Of a stretch of 40,311 nt of DNA, positions 9,279-17,126 are shown piece after piece. The DNA is from Candidatus Subterrananammoxibius californiae. GTDB lineage: Bacteria; Planctomycetota; Brocadiia; Brocadiales; Subterrananammoxibiaceae. The notes under the pieces were generated by a model. It did no database searches. It was given only the letters and a program-made list of their open reading frames with translations, and had not been told where the DNA came from. The position numbers were made by a program, and so were the translations under genes. Position 1 is the stretch's first letter. Each line of letters starts with the position of its first letter. Where the stretch lies: positions 1-40,311 of the forward strand of contig JAURAC010000029.1 of the NCBI GenBank assembly GCA_030586555.1, in the 5' to 3' direction.

Positions 9279-9308
9279 GGGTGGCATGGACAAACTTGTT
9301 TGTTCGTG
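9279..9308 (+). repeat. GGGTGG-type REP (30 nt), one of about nine copies in the window
   Basis: GGGTGGCATGGACAAACTTGTTTGTTCGTG. Confidence 0.85.
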
Positions 9309-9336
9309 ATACCTTTTCCAAAAAGAAGAAATAATT

Positions 9337-9645
9337 ATGGGCAAGATAAACCTTGAAGAGTACACAGAATTTTCCCCTTCAAAACCGCTTTCAAAGATAC
9401 TTTACGATTGTGAGAAGGTAAGGGTGGTGCTCTTTTGCCTCGAGGCAGGACAGGAAATAACCCCGCATACCGTTGTGCCAAAGGTTACAATGTTTGTTGT
9501 CTCAGGCAAAGGCGCTTTCACCGTAGGAAATCAAACCCACGAGGTTGAGCCTGGCAGTTTTGTGGTTTGCGAAAGTAATGAAGCCCATGGGATAAAGGCA
9601 AAGGAAAGGATGAGGGTGCTGGTTGCAATCGTGCCTCGCCCGTAA
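9337..9645 (+). CDS. Cupin-domain protein
   Basis: LEAGQEITPH...VVSGKG...EAHGIKA. Confidence 0.88.
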   Translation: MGKINLEEYTEFSPSKPLSKILYDCEKVRVVLFCLEAGQEITPHTVVPKVTMFVVSGKGAFTVGNQTHEVEPGSFVVCESNEAHGIKAKERMRVLVAIVPRP

Positions 9646-9655
9646 GAGTAATCAT

Positions 9656-9844
9656 ATGAAAGCAAACAGCATTAAAGAGGAAGCACGGCGTTTACTGGAT
9701 AAGCTACCGGAAGAGGTTACCTGGGATGACCTGATGCACGAAATCTATGTTCGACAGGCAGTCGAAGCAGGCCTTAATGACAGCAAGGCAGGCAGAACTA
9801 CTGATGTAGAACACGTTCGTGAAAAATTTGGTCTATCGAAGTGA
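9656..9844 (+). CDS. Antitoxin-like protein of the type found upstream of RelE/ParE toxins
   Basis: IKEEARRLLDKLPEEVTWDDLMHEIYVRQAVEAGL; its stop overlaps the GTG of a ParE-like remnant (GTGA). Confidence 0.8.
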   Translation: MKANSIKEEARRLLDKLPEEVTWDDLMHEIYVRQAVEAGLNDSKAGRTTDVEHVREKFGLSK

Positions 9845-9969
9845 GGGTACACTGGACAGACACAGCAGATGTTACCTCCCCTTTATCCCCTCCTTGCGAA
9901 GGAGGGGAAAGAGGGGTGGTTATTGAGCACCTTTCTTGGTCTTTTGATAAATGTATCATTATTATTTAA
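9841..9969 (+). pseudogene. Truncated RelE/ParE-family toxin interrupted by a palindromic repeat
   Basis: Translates MRVHWTDTA-[repeat-derived segment]-IEHLS, then degenerates to a stop at 9967-9969. Confidence 0.65.
9871..9921. repeat. 51-nt GC-rich palindromic element with a CCCCTCCTT/AAGGAGGGG core
   Basis: Near-identical inverted copy at 37684-37734. Confidence 0.85.
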
Positions 9970-9983
9970 AAGGAGAAATTATC

Positions 9984-10220
9984 TTGGGAAAGGCAAAGCC
10001 TATTATATTAGACGTACGTGCGATAATCCCACGAGAAAGACATCCGAAAATCTTTAATACGCTCGATGGGTTAAAATCCAAAGAATCGTTGGTTTTAATA
10101 AATGACCACGACCCTAAACCACTTTTATACCAATTAGATGCTGAAAGAAAGGGACTGTTCGAGTGGAAATATCTTGCACAGGGACCCGAAGAGTGGAAGG
10201 TTGAAATCTCAAGAAAATAG
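9984..10220 (+). CDS. DUF2249-domain protein
   Basis: LDVRAIIPRERHPKIF, INDHDPKPLLYQL and GPEEWKVEI; TTG start after AGGAG. Confidence 0.88.
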   Translation: MGKAKPIILDVRAIIPRERHPKIFNTLDGLKSKESLVLINDHDPKPLLYQLDAERKGLFEWKYLAQGPEEWKVEISRK

Positions 10221-10313
10221 ACTTTAAATTGAAAATTGTAGGTTTTAAAATTTAAATTTTGCACTTTTCAATTTCCAATTCTTTACTTTCCTAATTCGAA
10301 GGAGGGCAGTAAT

Positions 10314-11048
10314 ATCTACGTTATACTCGCCTTCTGGCTCATTATCTTAATCCTTCTTTGCTTAGCTATCCACGCCCTTTGGTCAAGACATATCCATTCC
10401 AGGGCGCTAAGCTTCTTTCTATTACCCGGCGCTATCATCCATGAACTGAGCCACGCACTTTTATGCCTGGTTACAGGTGCGACTATAAAGGAATTAAGCA
10501 TCGCAAGAATCGAAAATCCAGGCATAAAATATGAAAAGCCAAAGGTCCCTGTAATCGGGGATTTTCTAATAGCATTCGCCCCTATTGCAGGCTGCGCCGT
10601 TGTCCTTTCAATAGTATTTGTATTACTGAATACGCGGATTGATGCCAACGTGCCTTTATCTGAAAACGTGCGGTGGATTTTAGTAAAATACCTATATGGA
10701 TTTAAAGAGACGGTTTTTTTGACAGTATATAATTTCTGGGTATATCAAGACCTTGGCAACGCGAAGCTAATATGTTCTTTACTTGCAACGGTTATTTTCA
10801 CCCTTTCAATAGCCCCCCATAAGGGTGATATAAAGTATCTTGTCCCTGGTATAATAATTGTTGCAGCAATTCTCTATTCATTAGATGCAATTGGCTTATC
10901 CCTGAGTAACTATAAATGGCTAAATTATAGTGTATATAAACTATGGAACTTCACTATTGCGGGGCTCTGCACCCTCGCGGGTTTTCTTTTATTAACATTT
11001 ATTATTATCACTGTGGCAAAAGGTATAAAGCTTGTATCCGGCAAATAA
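10314..11048 (+). CDS. Membrane protein with an HExxH motif (M50-like metallopeptidase); start codon non-canonical or mutated
   Basis: The frame is open from 10242 and encodes LPGAIIHELSHALLC well upstream of the first canonical start (10650). AAGGAGG lies 8 nt before ATC at 10314. Confidence 0.75.
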   Translation: MYVILAFWLIILILLCLAIHALWSRHIHSRALSFFLLPGAIIHELSHALLCLVTGATIKELSIARIENPGIKYEKPKVPVIGDFLIAFAPIAGCAVVLSIVFVLLNTRIDANVPLSENVRWILVKYLYGFKETVFLTVYNFWVYQDLGNAKLICSLLATVIFTLSIAPHKGDIKYLVPGIIIVAAILYSLDAIGLSLSNYKWLNYSVYKLWNFTIAGLCTLAGFLLLTFIIITVAKGIKLVSGK

Positions 11049-11622
11049 CAATATCTACTACGGCTACTTTAATGTTTATGGCTTTAAACCGCTACGTAAG
11101 ATTTTTGCGGCGAGAACCAGAAAAGGCGTTTGCTTTGTTGAACTTTTAGCACAACAGTCATTGCGAGTACCCGAAGGGTGCGTGGCAATCTCATCTCAAA
11201 ATACGAGATTGCTTCGGCAAAGCCTCGCAAGGACAACGAAATTAATTAAAGATAATGCTGCCTTTAACGACATAAGGGATGCCTTGACAGGATACTTTGC
11301 TGGAAAGACAACCTCTTTTAACATGCCTGTTGATTTAAGCACAGGCACACGGTTCCAGCAAAGGGTCTGGCGGAAATTAAAGGAAATTCCTTATGGTGAG
11401 GTGAGAACGTACAAATGGGTTGCAGAAGGGATTGGCTTGCCAAAAGGGGTAAGAGCGATAGGACAGGCATGTGCCAGCAACCCCATACCCATTATTATTC
11501 CCTGCCACCGTGTCATCAGAACGGATGGAAACCTTGGAGGCTACAGTTCAGGAGTAGCCTTGAAGAAGCAGCTTTTGAGATTAGAAGGGCGAACGGTAGA
11601 CAACGGACTTTATGTCCGTTGA
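11032..11622 (+). CDS. ogt: Methylated-DNA--protein-cysteine methyltransferase
   Basis: GTRFQQRVW, IPYGEVRTY and NPIPIIIPCHRVI; exact start uncertain. Confidence 0.93.
   Translation: MYPANNNIYYGYFNVYGFKPLRKIFAARTRKGVCFVELLAQQSLRVPEGCVAISSQNTRLLRQSLARTTKLIKDNAAFNDIRDALTGYFAGKTTSFNMPVDLSTGTRFQQRVWRKLKEIPYGEVRTYKWVAEGIGLPKGVRAIGQACASNPIPIIIPCHRVIRTDGNLGGYSSGVALKKQLLRLEGRTVDNGLYVR
11157..11234. repeat. 78-nt palindromic element (RPE-like) in frame inside ogt
   Basis: Termini GTCATTGCGAG and CTCGCAAGGAC; internal GCAATCTC/GAGATTGC stem. Confidence 0.8.
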
Positions 11623-11652
11623 AATCAACGAGGTAAAACCTCGTTGTCTACC
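11595..11652. repeat. GTAG-type double-hairpin REP that supplies the ogt stop codon
   Basis: GGTAGACAACG...CGTTGTCTACC; second copy at 35072-35129. Confidence 0.85.
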
Positions 11653-11670
11653 AAAAGGGTGTGGTCGAAT

Positions 11671-13353
11671 ATGTCAAGACCGATGTATTACGAGGAAAGA
11701 CCGAAAGAGCCTATAAGGGCTTTCAGGGGGACTGAGCTGCACTGCAAAAATTGGGATTGTGAAGCGGCGCTCAGAATGCTCATGAATAATCTCGACCCTG
11801 ATGTCGCTACGCAGCCTGAGGAACTTATCGTTTATGGGGGCGCAGGCAGGGCTGCAAGGAACTGGAGGGAGTATAACCGCACTGTTAAGGCGCTTACTAA
11901 TCTTGAAAATGACGAAACGTTATGCGTCCAGTCTGGTAAGCCAGTTTACATTGCTAAAACGCACCCACAAGCGCCGAGGGTCGTTATTGCAAATGCCAAT
12001 ATAGTCCCTGCATGGGCAACTCAGCAAAACTTTGATAGATACGACGAGATGGGCCTCACAATGTACGGTCAGATGACTGCCGGTAGCTGGATATATATCG
12101 GCACGCAGGGGATTTTGCAGGGCACGTACGAAACCTTTGCAGCCCTCACAAAGAAGGAGTTTAGCCGTACGTCCTTAAAAGGAAAATTCATCCTTACCGC
12201 CGGGATGGGCGGTATGAGCGGTGCTCAGCCACTCGCCGTTACGATGAATGAAGGGGTAATATTAGATGTCGAGGTGAGGTGGGAAAGGATACTTAAAAAG
12301 GTAACCGAGGGATATTGCGACAGGATTACCGACAAGCTCGACGAAGCCATCAAATGGGTAATGGACGCTAAGGAGAAAAACATTCCATTATCTGTTGGTC
12401 TCGTAGGTAATGCTGCCGCAATACATCCCGAACTGGTTAAGCGTAGGATTGTTCCTGACATTGTAACCGACCAGACACCTGCACACGATATTTACTCCTA
12501 TGTGCCGATAGGTGATGTTACAGAAATGGACAGATTGAGGCAGAAGAACAGGGACGAGTACAGAAAGAGGGCGCTCGAGGCTGTAGCGCTTCACGAAGAA
12601 GCGATATTAGAGATGCAGAGGCAGGGGGCGATATGCTTTGATTACGGCAATAATCTGCGTGGTCAGGCAGAGCTTGCTGGTGTTCAAGTAAGGGATAAAG
12701 ACGGCAAGTTTAAATATCCCGGCTTTGTCCCCGCTTACATTAGACCACTATTTTGCGAGGGCAGGGGGCCCTTTAGATGGGTTGCCCTGTCAGGTGACAC
12801 GGAAGATATAAAAAGGTTGGACAATGCCGTGTTAAAAACCTTTCCTGATAATAAATCTCTTACAAGATGGATTAATCTTGCAGGCTCAAAGGTGTTAATG
12901 CAAGGGCTTCCCGCAAGGGTATGCTGGCTCGGCTATGGCGAAAGGGCAAGATTCGGTGTGATTATCAATGATATGGTCAAAAGGGGCGAACTTAAAGCCC
13001 CCGTAGTAATAGGAAGGGACCATCTTGACTGCGGTTCCGTGGCATCACCTTACAGGGAGACGGAAGGAATGAAGGATGGGAGCGATGCCATTGCCGATTG
13101 GCCGCTATTGAACTTCGCATTAAATGCCATAAATGGCGCAAGCTGGGTAAGCTTTCATCATGGTGGGGGAGTAGGCATTGGAAATTCCCTCCATGCAGGA
13201 ATGGTAATTGTGGCAGATGGTACACGAGAAAGGGAAAAAAGACTGGAAGGGACGCTTACCGTTGACCCGGGTATTGGAATAGCGAGACATGTTGACGCTG
13301 GGTATGAGATTGCCATTAAGACCGCAAAGGAAAAGGGGGTAAATATACCGTAA
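11671..13353 (+). CDS. hutU: Urocanate hydratase
   Basis: [43 protein letters not shown] and HHGGGVG. Confidence 0.98.
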   Translation: MSRPMYYEERPKEPIRAFRGTELHCKNWDCEAALRMLMNNLDPDVATQPEELIVYGGAGRAARNWREYNRTVKALTNLENDETLCVQSGKPVYIAKTHPQAPRVVIANANIVPAWATQQNFDRYDEMGLTMYGQMTAGSWIYIGTQGILQGTYETFAALTKKEFSRTSLKGKFILTAGMGGMSGAQPLAVTMNEGVILDVEVRWERILKKVTEGYCDRITDKLDEAIKWVMDAKEKNIPLSVGLVGNAAAIHPELVKRRIVPDIVTDQTPAHDIYSYVPIGDVTEMDRLRQKNRDEYRKRALEAVALHEEAILEMQRQGAICFDYGNNLRGQAELAGVQVRDKDGKFKYPGFVPAYIRPLFCEGRGPFRWVALSGDTEDIKRLDNAVLKTFPDNKSLTRWINLAGSKVLMQGLPARVCWLGYGERARFGVIINDMVKRGELKAPVVIGRDHLDCGSVASPYRETEGMKDGSDAIADWPLLNFALNAINGASWVSFHHGGGVGIGNSLHAGMVIVADGTREREKRLEGTLTVDPGIGIARHVDAGYEIAIKTAKEKGVNIP

Positions 13354-13354
13354 A

Positions 13355-14638
13355 ATGAACAACCGAAATGTTCAGCAGGGTGAATCTGCGAATTTGCTCA
13401 TTTTAAATTGTAAACAATTACTCACAATAGCCGGCGCATCTAACAAGCCTAAAACGGGCAAAGAGATGGACGACCTTGGCATAGTCGAGGGTGGCGCTGT
13501 TGCAATATCTAAGGGCATTATAGTTGATGTTGGAAAGACTGATTATATCAGGAAGAAGTATGCCGTAAATGACGTTACTGAGATTGATGCAACTGGCAAG
13601 GTAGTTGCTCCTGGCTTTGTTGATTCACACACACACGCCGTATTCGGTGGGTCCCGCGCAAAAGAGTTTGTGCAGAGGCTCCACGAGAAAACGTATCTTG
13701 AGATAATGAAAGAAGGCGGTGGAATCCTTAGTACCGTTGAAGCCACGCGCAATTCGTCACTCGACGAACTTGTGATTGGTGCAAGAGGGCATCTCGATAA
13801 CATGCTCATTTATGGCACAACGACCGTCGAGATAAAGAGCGGATATGGTCTTGACTTTGAAAATGAGCTAAAGATTTTGAGAGTGATAAACACCTTGAAA
13901 AAGGAGCACGCAATCGAAATAGTTCCCACATTTTTGGGCGCACACGTAGTGCCAAAGGAATTTCAGCATAATCCTGGTAAGTATGTTGAACAGGTAATCG
14001 GGATGCTGTCGAGGCTCAGGGGTTACGCAAAATATTGTGATGCGTTTTGTGATAAGAGGGCTTTTTCGGTAGCTCAAAGCAGGAGAATCCTCTTACATGC
14101 CAGTACCATCGGGTATAAAATAAAAATACATGCGGCTGAATTTAAGGACACAGGCGGGGCAGAATTGGCTGCTGAGTTACATGCAACATCTGCCGACCAT
14201 CTTGATTACGTCACTGATGCGGGCATAAAGGCGCTTATTAAAGGTAACGTTATCGGTGTGTTATTACCCGGTGTACCTTTCTTTCTTATGACTGATAAAT
14301 ATGCCCCTGCAATAAGAATGATTGAGGAGGGACTTGCAGTGGCTATCGCAACAGATTTTAATCCCGGCTCCTGTCCCACTGAAAATATGATGTTCATCCT
14401 TACCCTTGCCTGCCTGAAGATGAAGATGACCCCTGAGCAGGCAATAAATGCCGCTACCATTAACGGGGCACACGCATTAGGAATGGCAGATAGCATCGGC
14501 AGCATTGAAACAGGCAAAAAGGCAGACATCGTAATATTTGACGTGGACGATTACAATTATCTGCCCTACCATTTCGGGATTAACCACGTTGATACGGTAA
14601 TGAAAAACGGTAAGATAGCACATAGGATCACATCTTAA
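13355..14638 (+). CDS. hutI: Imidazolonepropionase
   Basis: PGFVDSHTH, EIKSGYGL, TFLGAH and ATDFNPGS; immediately follows hutU. Confidence 0.97.
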   Translation: MNNRNVQQGESANLLILNCKQLLTIAGASNKPKTGKEMDDLGIVEGGAVAISKGIIVDVGKTDYIRKKYAVNDVTEIDATGKVVAPGFVDSHTHAVFGGSRAKEFVQRLHEKTYLEIMKEGGGILSTVEATRNSSLDELVIGARGHLDNMLIYGTTTVEIKSGYGLDFENELKILRVINTLKKEHAIEIVPTFLGAHVVPKEFQHNPGKYVEQVIGMLSRLRGYAKYCDAFCDKRAFSVAQSRRILLHASTIGYKIKIHAAEFKDTGGAELAAELHATSADHLDYVTDAGIKALIKGNVIGVLLPGVPFFLMTDKYAPAIRMIEEGLAVAIATDFNPGSCPTENMMFILTLACLKMKMTPEQAINAATINGAHALGMADSIGSIETGKKADIVIFDVDDYNYLPYHFGINHVDTVMKNGKIAHRITS

Positions 14639-14759
14639 ATAATAAATATTAATATTTTCTATCGAGTTATCATAGTGTTTTTTACCTATTATTTAAGTTT
14701 TAAGATGTGACCCTCTTGCTCCCTCTTGCTCCTCTTGCTCTCCTTCTTCTGCCTTCTTC

Positions 14760-15167
14760 TCATATATGGTATTCCGTTGGACCGAAGTCGGGGGGTAGCG
14801 GGAAGACAACCGTCAGCACGGATTTTCGAAGTTCCCCAGGCAGCTTCTCGGCAGGAAGTTCACTCACCTGGACCTTTCCTTCGATTATGAATTTGATAGC
14901 ACCGTCCTTTCCGCGGTGAAGGGGCACCATGAAGAACCTCTCAAAAACCTTTACAGGACCTGTAATTGAGAAGCTTATCCCGATAATGGGGCCGACTTCG
15001 AAACCTTCGGAGTGGAATGTCACGGTCGCCGAGACGGCTGCACCTTCCTCAGGTATGAATTCTTTCACATTTTCCACAGTGATCACCGTGAGGTCGGTGA
15101 TCCGCTTTCCGCTCGCAGGACGCAGGATTACTTGGGCAGAGACGATCTCATCCTTTTTCAAAGGCAT
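14760..15167 (-). CDS. Stand-alone protease prodomain-like protein (homologous to the N-terminus of the upstream S8 protease)
   Basis: Manual alignment to the S8 N-terminus (AQ...NV..F...GFE...I.G....E..F...L); overlaps the radical SAM stop by 10 nt. Confidence 0.8.
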   Translation of the reverse strand: MPLKKDEIVSAQVILRPASGKRITDLTVITVENVKEFIPEEGAAVSATVTFHSEGFEVGPIIGISFSITGPVKVFERFFMVPLHRGKDGAIKFIIEGKVQVSELPAEKLPGELRKSVLTVVFPLPPDFGPTEYHI

Positions 15168-17029
15168 GGCTTATCCTCGATTGATTGAGCACGCAACGCT
15201 AGGCTTAGGTAATGAGAGCCGTCGGTAACCATGTATCCATAGGCAACCAGAGCGTCGAGAAAAGCGCGCACTTGCGTTTTGCTCAACCTCGTCCGAGGAA
15301 ACGTCTGGCGCAGGTGTTCCTGAATGGCAGCAAGTGAGCGGGTGCAGTCGCAATACTCATATACCTCTTTGTCAACCCCCTTGAAAACTGCGCTGGCGCA
15401 GATGGCGTTAGATCGGGTGTCAAGGATAGCCAGCGTTCCATCGGATCGATCGATGGACTGAAGGATTCCCTGCTCGGGATTTGTCTTCCAGTCATTCACA
15501 TAATGAATGAGATCAACTGAGTGATTCGTGGTGTGTGTACCGGGGGCATAGTCGTAGTCGAAGTAGTAGGCAAGCCTGTGGAGACTCTCAGCGGGGAATG
15601 AATAGAGATACTTGTAAGGGAGTATGGGACGAACGTTGACTAAACCATGAGCTTCAGCTTCCATGAAATAGGGACTGAAGCGGTCAAGACGGATAGGTCC
15701 ACAGGCAGTTGGGGCGTTAAGAAAGCGTATCTGAGGAAGGAACAGGAGGAGCTGGTCATAATCCTCATCCTTCTCGCCAGGAAAACCATAGAGAAGATTC
15801 CAATCGGCGTGTATACCATATTCCTTGCACCACTTTAGAACCTGAATGTTCTGAAGAGCCGTGGTGCCCTTGCGCATGAGCTGGAGCATGTGGTCGTTCA
15901 GACTTTCGATGCCAGGTTGGACGTGGAGGACACCGGCACCTCGGAGTATCTTCACTTGCTCGCGGCTGAGATTGGCACGGATTTCATAGAAGAAACGTAA
16001 AGGGTGCTCAGCCTGTGCGAGGACTGGGAAGAAGTCGCGGAAATAGGCCATGTTCACCACGTTGTCAACAGCCTGGATCATGTCGATCTGCCAGCGGTTA
16101 ACGAGGTATTCAACCTCTTGGAGTGATCGTTGTGCGCTCTTAGCACGAAAAGAAAGAGTGCTACCGTTAAGGCCACAAAACATGCAGTGGCGCTTGGCAC
16201 CCCACCAGCACCCGCGGGCGCTTTCGAAGAGGAGCGTAGGAACAACGAACGAGCCGGCCGACGAGCGGTCGAAGTCATAGAAGTAGTCGGTGTAGTCTGG
16301 AATGGGTAATTTATCCATTTCATCGACGGGCAAGGAATGGCTGGTTTGGATGGACCTCCCGTTCGACCGATAGATAAGACCTGGAATGGCATCCAACATT
16401 TTGCCTTTCAGGTGGCCGGCAAGGATGAGTCGCACTAGGGCTGGGAAGCTCTCGTCTGCCTCTCCGCTGCAAACGTAGTCAACGAAAGGGAAACGGCAAT
16501 GGAGTTCCAAGCCCATCTCGTCTTCCCAATTTGCACCTCCAAAAACTATCTGGATTTCCGGATATATAGCCTTAATGCGCTTGGCTAGCGACAGGGATGC
16601 AATGTTTTGCTCGAAGGTGGAAGTGAAACCTACGAGTGCATAGTCGTCCCAGGGCACCGTGTACAAACAGTAGTCGAGGAAATGCCCTGCCATGCTCTGG
16701 GCGCGAAGTATGCGCTCCACGGAACGCTCATCAAGCTGCCAGATACCTTGAAGCACTTCAGCGATGTAGGTGGTTTGGTCGCGCAGGTTCGCTCCGTAGA
16801 GAGAGGGTACGAAGACCCACTCGCCAGCGAAAGCGGTATGGGGAAGGTCAGTGGAAATCCAGCAGTAATCTTCCACACCGAGAAGACCAGCGAAGGTGAA
16901 GGTGAGGTAGCGGACATCGCATGGGATGCCATCCTCGGTCAAGCGAGCCTTGAAGAGGCTGAGACCGAGTGCCTGACGTTCCAATGCGCCAAAGGGCATG
17001 CTTAGTAGAAGTATTTTTTTCTTGGCCAT
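15158..17029 (-). CDS. RiPP-maturation cobalamin-dependent radical SAM C-methyltransferase (TIGR03975-like)
   Basis: N-terminal LLSMPFG; B12-binding-like VGFTSTFEQ..., GGAN and GEAD; SARGCWWGAKRHCMFCGLN (CX7CX2C); QPGIESL; RLDRFSPYF; C-terminal RRE-like domain; ATG after GAGG. Confidence 0.92.
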   Translation of the reverse strand: MAKKKILLLSMPFGALERQALGLSLFKARLTEDGIPCDVRYLTFTFAGLLGVEDYCWISTDLPHTAFAGEWVFVPSLYGANLRDQTTYIAEVLQGIWQLDERSVERILRAQSMAGHFLDYCLYTVPWDDYALVGFTSTFEQNIASLSLAKRIKAIYPEIQIVFGGANWEDEMGLELHCRFPFVDYVCSGEADESFPALVRLILAGHLKGKMLDAIPGLIYRSNGRSIQTSHSLPVDEMDKLPIPDYTDYFYDFDRSSAGSFVVPTLLFESARGCWWGAKRHCMFCGLNGSTLSFRAKSAQRSLQEVEYLVNRWQIDMIQAVDNVVNMAYFRDFFPVLAQAEHPLRFFYEIRANLSREQVKILRGAGVLHVQPGIESLNDHMLQLMRKGTTALQNIQVLKWCKEYGIHADWNLLYGFPGEKDEDYDQLLLFLPQIRFLNAPTACGPIRLDRFSPYFMEAEAHGLVNVRPILPYKYLYSFPAESLHRLAYYFDYDYAPGTHTTNHSVDLIHYVNDWKTNPEQGILQSIDRSDGTLAILDTRSNAICASAVFKGVDKEVYEYCDCTRSLAAIQEHLRQTFPRTRLSKTQVRAFLDALVAYGYMVTDGSHYLSLALRAQSIEDKPCL

Positions 17030-17072
17030 TGTTTCCTCAAGGGCAGTCGCAGAGCATGACACGATTGTCCGA

Positions 17073-17106
17073 CGTTACCACCCCCAACTCATCTCAGGTG
17101 GTAACG
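17073..17106. other. Intergenic stem-loop between the protease and radical SAM genes
   Basis: Perfect 10-bp stem CGTTACCACC/GGTGGTAACG; no U-tract. Confidence 0.55.
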
Positions 17107-17126
17107 CCTACTTTAGAGGTATCGTG

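Noticed and set aside
9944..9959. TTGAT...ATCA considered as an FNR/CRP box upstream of DUF2249
   Set aside because: Half-site spacing does not match TTGAT-N4-ATCAA
9869..10057. 62-aa ORF starting MLPPLYPLLAKEG
   Set aside because: It begins in a palindromic repeat and overlaps DUF2249 out of frame
10316..10648. 110-aa minus-strand ORF
   Set aside because: It is the antisense shadow of the HExxH membrane protein frame
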